A stretch of DNA of 13,956 nucleotides from Octopus sinensis (GCF_006345805.1 NW_021825964.1:1-13956); one strand, 5' to 3'. Positions 1 through 9,295 are shown, counted from the stretch's first letter. Numbers and translations: made by a program. The notes: generated from the sequence alone by a model not told the origin.

Positions 1-204
1 GGGCACAGGACGTCACGAAACGTGTACACCCAAATAATACGAAGTACGAGTACATGGAACATGAACTATTTTTTCGAAAAACGAAAGCCACAAATCGAAA
101 ACAAGACAAACAACATAAAAAATTACCCTTCATCAATTGTTTGCTTATTTCTACTCTCATATTTCGAGCATATATATGTATGTCTACATATATGTATATA
201 TATA

Positions 205-435
205 AATTAGAGATAAAACCACTATTATGCAACTCAAACAGTGATAGACATAAACCAAGACATAAATAACAAATAAAAAATATGTTTATAAAACATATAA
301 CTAGATCTCAAAAAGTATAAAAATGAATAATCAATATATAATAAGTAAAAAAAACTACGTACGTTTCATGGCTACAACTAAATTTAAATTTAATTGAAAT
401 GAATTCAATTTAAAATTATAATCAATCTTCAGGTT
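205..435 (-). mobile_element. Putative Penelope-like terminal repeat or retrozyme remnant (hammerhead, T-rich segment, then TA-rich tract)
   Basis: Inferred from the hammerhead motif followed on the minus strand by about 150 nt of T-rich sequence ending in (TA)-rich repeat at 170-204. No coding sequence is present and the boundaries are approximate. Confidence 0.35.
353..435 (-). ncRNA. Type I hammerhead-ribozyme-like motif with extended stem II and minimal palindromic stem III
   Basis: Minus strand reads AAC-CUGAAGA(432-426)-U-[stem II 424-414 pairs with 379-369 at 10 of 11 positions, three G-U; inner hairpin AAUUGAA/UUCAAUU]-U-GAAA(367-364)-C-GUAC-GU-A(356)-GUU. Both core boxes are intact, the triplet is GUA, and stem I is AAC/GUU (3 bp). 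The base of stem II is a U-U mismatch. Confidence 0.6.
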
Positions 436-818
436 AACAATAATAGTTAAATAAATAAGCAAATAGAGTTAAACAATATTTATTTATAAAATAAATAAAA
501 TAATAATTTTTCTTATAGAATAAACTCCCTTAACTAAATTTGAAACTTAAAACATTAGAATTAGTTTCCTACAACACATTTATTATGTTAAATATTTAAT
601 ATTTAAGGTAAAAAAAAGTAGAGTAAATAGATAGAAATATGTATTTATCTGAGAAGATATAGTTTAGCTTAAAAAACCTTTAATAAACTATAGAATATCT
701 TTAACCAAGTTATGCTCCAATATTTAATTACCAAATTATTTAACAAAATAATCGCTATTAATATTTCTAGATTTTAGTTCGCATATAATAATCATAAAAT
801 AATAAATACAGAAAAATA

Positions 819-1540
819 ACTGTTCATTGTCATCTTCAACAACTTGGAAAGGTTCCTAAACTTGGAAAATGTGTGCCTCATAAATTGTCCGAAAGCAACC
901 TCAAACCCCGAGTTGATATCTGCTCTTCTTTCCATTCTCGCGAACTCATTTCACCCTTTTTGGATAGACTTGTGACTGGTGTCGAAAAATGAATCTTCTA
1001 TCGAAATGTTAAACGTCGTAAACTGGCTTGTTAAAAGGTAAAATGCTCAACCACAACCGAGAAGGGAACTTCACGAGAAAAAAGGTTCTTCTCTCTATAT
1101 GGTGGAATTGCAAAGCAGAATTTCACTTTGAATTGTTACTACCTAATGCAACAAGCCTACTGTCAGCAATTAGAGCATTTGAACCAAACATTAAAGAAAA
1201 AAAGACCCGCTTTAGTGAATCGAAAAGGAGTTACGTTTCATCAGGACAATGCGCGACCCCACACTGCAAAGATCACATCACAGAAGATCAAAGAGTTTGT
1301 TGGGAAAAAGTTCCTCATCCACCTTATTCTCCCGACCTAGCTCTTCCAGACTACTATTTGTTTTGTAGTTTACAGAATGATTTTGGGGATATAACTTTCG
1401 CAAGCCAGTACGAGGCCGAAACTGACATTTCAGACTTCTTCGCTTTGAAACCAAAAGAGTTTTACATTGATGGGATTAAAAAGCTTGTAAGTAGATGGAA
1501 TGAAGTCATAGATATTCAGGGAAAGTACATTGATGATTAA
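819..1540 (+). pseudogene. Mariner transposase pseudogene (linker and catalytic domain)
   Basis: CVPHKL (WVPHEL motif, 870-887); FLDRLVTGVEK* (first catalytic D changed to V at 981, W changed to TGA at 990); KKVLLSIWW; FHQDNARPH (D at 1245); PHPPYSPDLALPDYYLF (D at 1349). The two Ds are 104 nt apart, which is D34D with a 1-nt deletion. At least three frameshifts; stop at 1538-1540. Confidence 0.95.
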
Positions 1541-1615
1541 ATTTCAATTATATATAATATTTGATCCATTGTTTTCTTTTTTCAAAATTCGGACAGAACT
1601 TATGGGATGACCTGA
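819..1615 (+). mobile_element. Tc1/mariner DNA transposon, mariner (D34D) type, 5'-truncated and inactive
   Basis: Transposase motifs are split over several frames, followed by a short 3' UTR and a terminal sequence ending GGGATGACCTGA|TA. No matching left TIR is visible upstream; similarity is lost at about 817. Confidence 0.95.
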
Positions 1616-1617
1616 TA
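1584..1617 (+). repeat. Right terminal inverted repeat of the mariner plus TA target dinucleotide
   Basis: Reverse complement reads TA|TCAGGTCATCCCATAAGTTCTGTCCGAATTTT, a mariner-style terminus about 45 nt after the stop. The TA is at 1616-1617. The inner boundary is uncertain because the partner TIR is missing. Confidence 0.7.
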
Positions 1618-1972
1618 CATACATGCACACGCACATAAATACACGCATGAATACGTACGTACATACATATATACAAGCATGCATGAATGTGTACGTACAT
1701 ACTTATATGCATACATACGTATGTATATACATACATACGCACTTACATGCGTACATACGTACGTGTATATATACATATGTAAATACATACGTACATACAT
1801 ACAGAAGAATGCATGCATACATGCATACGTTCATACATACATACGTACGTACATACATACAGACATAGGTACATACATACAGAAATACATACACACATAC
1901 TCACGAACATACATTCGTACATTCTTACACATGTACGTACGTACATACACATATACACGCATATATACATAT
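1616..1972. repeat. Degenerate (TACA)n / (TACG)n microsatellite
   Basis: Directly visible tandem TACA units with substitutions; this explains the H/T/Y/I and M/Y/V/C ORFs. Confidence 0.95.
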
Positions 1973-2070
1973 GCTTGCTGCTCAGACGTTTGTACCTTTT
2001 AATACCATACAACTATATAAGCTGCTTTCTCAAGATAAATACTGAGGTTTTACTACCTTGAACATTACAC

Positions 2071-2127
2071 CCACGTTAAGCAAGGTATACAGAATGCTAT
2101 TTTGCACTAACACCGCTTCCGTCGTTA
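2071..2127 (+). repeat. Diverged direct repeat, copy A (partner 2720-2776)
   Basis: Manual alignment gives 48 of 58 columns identical; 7 of the 8 substitutions are transitions. Confidence 0.85.
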
Positions 2128-2168
2128 CTAATGAATTTTTACTCAGTCTGCCAGCAATTCGGTATTCG

Positions 2169-2462
2169 GAGACCTCCTTCGGTCACGAATGACCGTGGGA
2201 TTGCACCTACAAAGTTACCCTCCTAGGCACAAGTCCGTGCAAGTTTGTTTATGGAAGACCAACAGTCGCCCATGCATACCGGCCTCCCCTTTCCACGCCA
2301 CCGATTTTATCCAAGGGAAAGGCAAAGGGGCCGATACAGCTTGGCACCCGTGACGTCGCAACTCATTTCTACAGCTGAGTGAACTGGAGTAGCGCGAAAT
2401 AAAGTGTCTTGCTCAAGAAAACAACATGCAGCCCGGTCCGGGATTCGAACTCACAACCTCAC
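2169..2462 (-). mobile_element. tRNA-derived SINE, 5'-clipped, with a CORE/Meta-like central domain
   Basis: Minus strand has B box GTTCGAATCCC (2450-2440), then CTTGAGCAAGACACTT and CAGTTCACTCAGCTGTAGAAATGAGT, and a tail ending GGTCATTCGTGACCGAAGGAGGTCTC. The A box is missing. The domain name is from recognition, not from a search. Confidence 0.8.
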
Positions 2463-2549
2463 ATCTGCGACACAATTGATTTGATAATCATCATTTTTGT
2501 ATATCGGTAGAGGCTAAACTTATATAAACATGCTCTTGCTAATGGAGAC

Positions 2550-2594
2550 TTACTACTGATGACGCTCAAAGACGCAGAAATCTAGAATCAGTAA
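2550..2594 (+). ncRNA. Degenerate type I hammerhead-like motif
   Basis: TTACT-A-CTGATGA(2556-2562)-C-GCTC-AAA-GA(C)GC-A-GAAA(2577-2580)-TCTAGA-ATC-AGTAA. Both core boxes are intact, stem III is palindromic TCTAGA, and stem I is TTACT/AGTAA (5 bp). Position 16.1 is A instead of U. Confidence 0.5.
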
Positions 2595-2719
2595 TTACCC
2601 CACCCTTGTTGTACGCCTTTCATCTGCTGCTGACATTCTTCTGTGCGTTGCTGTACTATCATGTATACGAGATGCATTTTCGAGATGATTACCACAGTTT
2701 GGGGCATTCCACAATCCAT

Positions 2720-2776
2720 CCACGTTGAGTAAGATATACAGAAGCTATTTTGAACTAATGCTGCTTCCATCGCTTA
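2720..2776 (+). repeat. Diverged direct repeat, copy B (partner 2071-2127)
   Basis: See copy A; followed 10 nt later by the (TA)n tract. Confidence 0.85.
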
Positions 2777-2786
2777 TGAAACAAAC

Positions 2787-2799
2787 TATATATATATAT

Positions 2800-2841
<42 letters not shown>

Positions 2842-2955
2842 ATGGTATCTATATCACACATAGATTATATATTACACACACATGTATTATATATATACAT
2901 GTAAGATTAATATATACATGTATATATATATACATATATATATATTATATATATA

Positions 2956-2995
<40 letters not shown>

Positions 2996-3009
2996 TATAT
3001 GTAAATGAT

Positions 3010-3072
<63 letters not shown>
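2787..3072. repeat. Interrupted (TA)n microsatellite
   Basis: Directly visible. Confidence 0.97.
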
Positions 3073-3076
<4 letters not shown>

Positions 3077-3077
3077 C

Positions 3078-3125
3078 ATTTACATGTCTGTCATTAGATT
3101 ACGGCCACGCTGGGGCATTGTTTTG
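3078..3125 (-). mobile_element. Isolated 3' tail fragment of the SINE family at 3703-4108
   Basis: GTCATTAGATTACGGCCACGCTGGGGCA matches the reverse complement of the family tail GCTCCAGCATGGCCGCAGTCAAATTAC. Confidence 0.65.
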
Positions 3126-3490
3126 AACACCTTCCCATTACTTTACCTTCATATATATACAGAACTTGAGGAAACAATATCCGCGTAAAGGATTGTTAAA
3201 AACAATCCTAATGCCAGCTGGCTTTAACCAAATATATTGATAGAATGTTCCTCAGTATATTCTAAAATATTGTTATATTGAAACATATGTAGAATATCTT
3301 TTTGGATCTTTTGGGGGTTATTTTGTTGATGCGGTTCCTTTTATACTTGTTCGTATGTCTTTTCATCTTTTAATTTGCTTTACTTTTTCAATTGTAATAC
3401 AAAAAGGAAAAAAAAAGGAAACAAGCATCTTTTTAATTTTTCTTCTCCATCTTCTTTTATCCAACTTTATAACGGACGACAGAGTCAAGA

Positions 3491-3527
3491 CTATTGAAAA
3501 GGTTGCAAGACGCAACGAAAATGTTAG
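3491..3527 (+). ncRNA. Minimal hammerhead-like variant with U3-A8 core
   Basis: CTA-TTGAAAA(3494-3500)-G-GTTGC-AAGAC-GCAAC-GAAA(3517-3520)-ATG-T-TAG. Stem II is a perfect 5 bp, stem I is CTA/TAG, and core positions 3 and 8 are U and A. Position 16.1 is G instead of U. Confidence 0.5.
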
Positions 3528-3702
3528 AAGAATAAAAAATATGAAATAAGTGGAATTTTACCGGTGAGTGTTACATTGTAAGGCACAAATAGAAAATGAC
3601 TCTTCCCAGACACAACAGAATATGCTTTAACACACGAACTCATATAAAGAATCTTGCAAACCAAATCCAAAAACGAAATATATATATATATATATATATA
3701 TA

Positions 3703-4108
3703 GGCACAGGAGTGGCTGTGTGGTAAGTAGCTTGCTAACCAACCATATGGTTCCGGGTTCAGTCCCACTGCGTGGCATCTTGGGCAAGTGTCTTCTGCTA
3801 TAGCCTCGGGCCGACCGATGCCTTGTGAGTGGATTTGGTAGACGGAAACTGAAAGAAGCCTGTCGTATATATGTATATATATATATATGTGTGTGTATAT
3901 TTGTGTGTGTGTGTTTGTTTGTCCCCCTAGCATTGCTTGACAACCGATGCTGGTGTGTTTACGTCACTTAGCGGTTCGGCAAAAGAGACCGATAGAATAA
4001 GTACTGGGCTTACAAGGAATAAGTCCCGGGGTCGATTTGCTCGAACAAAGGCGGTGCTCCAGCATGGCCGCAGTCAAATTACTGAAACAAGTAAAAGAGT
4101 AAAAGAGT
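3703..4108 (+). mobile_element. Full-length tRNA-derived SINE with internal (TA)n(TG)n tract (octopus family; possibly the one published as OK, not verified)
   Basis: A-box-like TGGCTGTGTGG (3713-3723), B-box-like GGGTTCAGTCCC (3755-3766), CORE-like CTTGGGCAAGTG (3779-3790), internal microsatellite, and an AGTAAAAGAGTAAAAGAG tail. Collinear with the copies at 7693 and 8909. Preceded by (TA)12 at 3679-3702. Confidence 0.93.
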
Positions 4109-4710
4109 ATATATACATACATACATACATGCATACATACTCTCCTGGGGGAATCCAGTCTCTTTCAGAGGCAACTCACATCGTTCCAGACCAACATATT
4201 GCAGTGATAATTCACGAATGTCACACGTTCTTATTTTCTCTCAAAAGATCTGACCCCACATTCTCCCGACTAAATACGAAATCATTCTACTATTGTTAAT
4301 TCTTTTACTCGCATCTAATTCTCCTCAACGTCACCGCCAAGCAAAGAAAGCGAACAGATTCACTGAATAAACAAACGCCAGTCCCTTTATGGTGACTATG
4401 TTTATAGTATGGAAGTGTATTTTAGTTTGGACAATAGCAAACATTAGTTTATATAGTGTCCGTTTAACAATACTCAACACGAATGTTTTGTATTCGGAGA
4501 GAAATGTGCCTTAGTACGCTCATTGCGGTCGACATTATGGCTACTGTTTACGCACAAGTGGCTAACACTTATGCTTTGATGCCTCCGGCTAGCGTGATTT
4601 GTCACTGATGTGATTTATCTCCCTTTCATATCAACTCTCACGGATTAGTGACCGAGCAGGAAGAAAAGCTTTAAGAACAATCGATTTTCATTCGTTATTA
4701 GTTTATTAAT

Positions 4711-4755
4711 ATTATTGTTGTTATTGTTGTTGTTGTTGTTGCTACTGTCGTCGTT
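4711..4755. repeat. (TTG)n / (TTA)n trinucleotide microsatellite
   Basis: Directly visible. Confidence 0.9.
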
Positions 4756-4929
4756 GTCTAGTTGCACGTTAGTCTCATCAAAGACGCTCCAATTGCGACC
4801 ATCCCATATATTTTTTTTAAATAGCTTCAGACGTTGGCTTCCTAAGATTACATTGCCCAATATGTCCGTTCATATTAAAAAGAAAAGAAAAAAAAACTGT
4901 AGCACGTGGATCCGAGAGAGATTTAATTG

Positions 4930-4970
<41 letters not shown>

Positions 4971-5132
4971 TATGTGTATATATATATGTCTATGTCTATG
5001 TATATATATATATATATATAATGTGTGTGTGTGTGTGTGTGTATGTATATATATATGTATGTCTATGTATATATATATATGTACATGTACCTATATATAT
5101 ATATATAATATATACACCACACACACACACAC

Positions 5133-5175
<43 letters not shown>

Positions 5176-5195
5176 CATGTATTATATTCTGTATG

Positions 5196-5238
<43 letters not shown>

Positions 5239-5252
5239 TATATATATACATA

Positions 5253-5289
<37 letters not shown>

Positions 5290-5294
5290 ATATA

Positions 5295-5326
<32 letters not shown>

Positions 5327-5381
5327 GTACTATATATATGCTGTATGTATATATTTATATATAAATGTATGTATGTATATA
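4930..5381. repeat. Compound (TA)n / (TG)n / (CA)n / (TATG)n microsatellite
   Basis: Directly visible. Confidence 0.97.
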
Positions 5382-5804
5382 GTGAGAAAACCATTTTGCG
5401 GAGTTGTGTGACATTCATGTCTTTCTCAAAGTTATATGCGAAGTAAATGAAGTAATCTACTAGTCAAGATATATATATATATATTTATTTATATTAAAGG
5501 CATTACTATACATAAATGCCCCACGCTATGAGGGACTCTTAAAGTCAAAACTACCATAATAAATAAAGTTCACCGAACCCGAGGGAATGCAACTCTCGAA
5601 GCGAGCTCCTTAAAAACAGATTCATATGATTTCATAATTAGTGCACAAAATGCACCTTTAATCGTCAGTGCAGGCATAATCAGAATGAACAAAAAAATCA
5701 ACATACCAGACGAACACGAAATGTATCCAACATAGCACCTTAGAGTTGTTCACTCCTCTATATCTATGTAAGAGGCGTCATCGTAACGAACGGAGTGCTA
5801 GTGG

Positions 5805-6242
5805 TATGTATGTATGTATGTATGTATGTATGTATGTATGTATGTATGTATGTATGTATGTATGTATGTATGTATGTATGCAGTGTGTATGTATGTGTGT
5901 GTATGTATGCATGTGTGTGTGTATGTATGTGTGTATGTATATATGTATGTATGTATGTATGTATGTCTGTGTGTTTGTATGTATGTGTGTATATACGTAT
6001 ATACGTATGTATGTGTGTATGTATGTATGTATGTATGTATATATGTACGCATGCATACATGCATATATGTATGTATGCATGCATGTATGTACGTATGCAT
6101 GCATATATGTATGTATGCATGTATACATCTATGTATACATGCACGAACGTATTCATGTATGTATGTATATATGTATGTATATATATATATCTGTATGTAT
6201 ATATATATATATATGTATGCATGCATGCATGTATGTGTAGAG

Positions 6243-6283
<41 letters not shown>
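5805..6283. repeat. (TATG)n array (5805-6238) followed by (GA)n (6246-6283)
   Basis: Directly visible; pure at the 5' end and degenerate distally. Confidence 0.97.
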
Positions 6284-6287
<4 letters not shown>

Positions 6288-6440
6288 GGATCGTACGAAG
6301 CAACGTTGAATATATATCACTGTACATGCATCTGTGTACGTGTGTGATTGTGGTGGTGTGTATATGTGTGTGTGTCTATGTGTGCATGTGTGTGGAGGGG
6401 CGGGCTATTTTGTGGTAAACATAGAAGCTATGTAGTATTA

Positions 6441-6637
6441 TGTTTTCGATTTTGGCACCAGGCCAGGAATTCTGAAGAGGGCAAATTCAATGACATCGTC
6501 CCCAGTGCTTAACTGGTACTTATTTTATCGACTGTGAAAGGACGAAAGACAAAATCGACCTTGGTGAACTTTGAGCAGGAAGAAATGCTGCTAAGTTTCA
6601 TGTTCGACGTTTCAACAATTGTGCCAACTCGCCACCT
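6441..6637 (-). mobile_element. Degraded tRNA-derived SINE with a Nin-like central domain
   Basis: Minus strand starts AGGTGGCGAGTTGGCACAA and contains GGTCGATTTTGTCTTTCGTCCTTTCACAGTCGATAAAATAAGTACCAG, which resembles the Nin (Inv) domain I recall as GCCTTTCATCCTT..GGTCGATAAAATxAGTACCAG. Confidence 0.75.
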
Positions 6638-6807
6638 CTAAGAAATCCAATATCCCGTTGTGGAAGAATGGTTTGGCATCTGTTATATTCTTCATATGTA
6701 AAGTTATAAAAGATCGCATAATTTTCGAACTCAGGTTTTCGTGCAGCTGGCTTTTAGCCGATTGTGGGATTTGGGAAGAAATTTCTACAAACTGTTTAAA
6801 ACGCGTG

Positions 6808-6814
<7 letters not shown>

Positions 6815-6882
<68 letters not shown>

Positions 6883-7006
6883 CTATGTATGTATGTTTGT
6901 ATGTATGTATGTTTGTATGTATGTATGTATGTATGTATGTATGTATGTATGTATCTATCTATCTATCTATCTGTCTATCTGTCTATCTGTCTATCTATCT
7001 ATCTGT

Positions 7007-7058
<52 letters not shown>

Positions 7059-7143
7059 CTGTCTATCTATCTATCTGTTTATCTCTCTCTCTCTCTCTAT
7101 CTGTCTATCTCTCTCTCTATCTATCTGTCTATCTGTCTATCTC

Positions 7144-7218
<75 letters not shown>

Positions 7219-7296
7219 GTCTATCTATCTATCTGTTTATCTCTCTCTCTCTCTCTCTCTCTATCTATTTATCTATCTATCTATCTATCTATCTAT
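6815..7296. repeat. Compound (TCTG)n / (TCTA)n / (TATG)n / (TC)n microsatellite
   Basis: Directly visible. Confidence 0.97.
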
Positions 7297-7356
7297 ATTT
7301 TAAAAGTTAGACAGAGAAGAGAAAAATAGACCCCTTCCCTGTCTAACTTTTGAAAT
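7297..7356. repeat. Short inverted repeat (foldback), 23-bp arms
   Basis: AAAAGTTAGACAG (7302-7314) is the exact reverse complement of CTGTCTAACTTTT (7339-7351). The match extends to 7297-7319 / 7334-7356 with two mismatches. Confidence 0.9.
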
Positions 7357-7395
7357 GCAGCAATGAAGCGCAACGCACCTCTGCTTTTTTACTTT

Positions 7396-7470
7396 CTGTG
7401 TCTGTGTTAGTGCCCCCAACGTCGCTTAACAACCGATGCTGCTGTGTTTATGTTCCCGTAACTTAGCGGT
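7396..7470 (+). mobile_element. Internal body fragment of the SINE family at 3703-4108
   Basis: GTCGCTTAACAACCGATGCTGCTGTGTTTATGTTCCCGTAACTTAGCGGT matches 3933-3975 and 7904-7952. Confidence 0.85.
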
Positions 7471-7607
7471 CCATTCGAAGCCTTTTATCTTCAGTCAAGA
7501 ACTGGATCATCCTCTTGTTTTTTGTATCGTCTATCTCGATGTTTTGTTGTCCCTTTTGTATCATCTAGTTGTCCGGATGTTTTGCGTTCTTGTCCCATTT
7601 TGTATTT

Positions 7608-7612
<5 letters not shown>

Positions 7613-7692
<80 letters not shown>
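7613..7692. repeat. Perfect (TA)40
   Basis: 80 nt uninterrupted, directly abutting the SINE 5' end. Confidence 0.98.
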
Positions 7693-7694
<2 letters not shown>

Positions 7695-8084
7695 CGCAGG
7701 AGTGGATGTGTGGTAAGTAGCTTGCTAACCAACCACATGGTTCGGGGTTCAGTCCCACTGCGTGGAATCTTGGGCAAGTGTCTTCTGCTATAACCCCGTG
7801 AGTGGATTTGGTAGACGGTAACTGAAAAAAGCCTGTCGTATATATGTATATATATGTATATATGTATGTGTGTGTTCGTGTGTCTGTGTTTGTCCCCCTA
7901 GCATTGCTTGACAACCGATGCTGGTGTGTTTACGTCTCCGTCACTTAGCGGTTCGGCAAAAGAGACCGGTAGATAAGTACTGGGCTTACAAAGAATAAGT
8001 CCCGGGGTCTATTTGCTCGACTAAAGGTGGTGCTCCAGCTTGGCCGCAGTCAAATGACTGAAACAAGTAAAAGAGTAAAAAGAG
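7693..8084 (+). mobile_element. Near full-length copy of the SINE family at 3703-4108
   Basis: Collinear head, internal (TA)/(TG) tract, body and tail; a short deletion after the CORE-like segment. Confidence 0.93.
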
Positions 8085-8118
8085 ATATATATAGCGGCGT
8101 ACGTACACTTTGTTCTCT

Positions 8119-8233
8119 TATATATATATATATATATATACACAGACACACACACAGACACAGACACACAGACACACACACACACACACACACACACACC
8201 ACACACACACACACACACGTACACACACACACA
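8119..8233. repeat. (TA)n then (CA)n / (CAGA) microsatellite
   Basis: Directly visible. Confidence 0.95.
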
Positions 8234-8908
8234 GAGCATGACTTATATGAATGCTATATGTCTTATTGTTTTAAGCTCAAAATGTGAAATATTTTGCCAT
8301 AGCCATCCGAAAATCGGAGATCCAGTAAATATTTGGATCTCTTGGTTCTCTCATCCGTCTGTCACACACACCTCACTCGAACCTTTGACCAAATGTTGAA
8401 GCTCATTGGAATCTTAACACCGATGATTTTTCTTTTTTCTTTTGTTTTGTCTTTTATGTTTGCAAAAGTTCAATGCTAATCGTTCACGAAATTGTCTAGC
8501 GTGATAGCTAACCAGCTTTATATTGAGCCATTTATAATCTAACATGTCATTGCAGTTTGCATAGATGGCGATATAAATTATCTAAATTATCTATTAATTA
8601 AGTAATTAATTGTTTAATTAGTTCATTCATTCATTGTTAATTGAACCTTCGTTTACTCCCATAATTATCTTCAGGCTAATTATTATCATTATTCAGGTCG
8701 GAATACTCATGTGGAGCGAATGAATGTTTTTAATTGTACGTCACTTAAGAGTGATTTGTCACGAAAAGCCATTCGGAGGCTCTTAAAATATATTTCCCGC
8801 CACCAGCGACAGAGAGACATATGAATCATAAACACCGTGATTGTCTTCGTATCTGTTTACTTCATAATATATATTATTTCGAAATATTTTACGAATATTA
8901 CGAATATA

Positions 8909-9284
8909 GGCGCAGGAGTTGCTGTGTGGTAGGTGGCTTGCTTACCAACCACATGGTTCCGGATTCAGTCCCACTGAGTGGCACCTTGGGACCAAGGCCT
9001 TGTGAGTGGATTTGGTGGACGGAAGCTGAGTGAGGCCCGTCGTATATATGTATATATATATGTGCGTATGTGTGTATATGTTTTTGTGTCTGTGTTTTTC
9101 CCCTCCCAACATCAATTGACAGCCGGTGCTGGTGTGTTTGCGTCCCCGTGGCTTGGCGGTTCGGCAAAGAGACCGATAGAGTAGGCGCTGGGCTTGCAGG
9201 GAGTAAGTCCTGGGATCGATTTGCTCGACTAAAGGCGGTGCTCCAGCATGGCCACAGTCAAATGATTGAAACAAGTAAAAGAGA
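8909..9284 (+). mobile_element. Third, more diverged copy of the SINE family at 3703-4108
   Basis: GGCGCAGGAGTTGCTGTGTGG head through the GAAACAAGTAAAAGAG tail, with an internal microsatellite at about 9043-9075. Confidence 0.92.
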
Positions 9285-9295
9285 ATAATGTTGCT

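Noticed and set aside
1-170. Hammerhead half-motifs on the minus strand (GCUCGAAAUAUG at 169-158, UUGAUGAAGGG at 136-126)
   Set aside because: The boxes are in permuted order, there is no stem I pairing between them, G sits at the cleavage position and C3 is absent. It may be a related repeat fragment, but the fold is not supportable.
1028-1540. 170-aa ORF as a functional transposase
   Set aside because: It is a mosaic of in-frame and out-of-frame pseudogene segments; the middle catalytic motif is in another frame.
4645-4860. 71-aa minus-strand ORF with poly-Asn as a host exon
   Set aside because: The poly-N comes from the (AAC)n microsatellite, there is no recognisable domain, and no convincing splice acceptor directly upstream. 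RNA-seq would be needed.
7471-7500. Fifth hammerhead candidate on the minus strand (CUGAAGA-U-AAAAGGCUUC-GAAU)
   Set aside because: Only a 2-bp stem II, GAAU instead of GAAA, and no stem I or III. It is near a (TA)n tract, so worth rechecking against a consensus, but insufficient alone.
8306-8341. Overlapping hairpins TCCGA/TCGGA and GAGATCCA/TGGATCTC
   Set aside because: Short stems with no supporting element ends or second copy; within chance expectation.
8640-8680. CUGAAGA on the minus strand at 8674-8668
   Set aside because: No stem II hairpin and no GAAA box follow.
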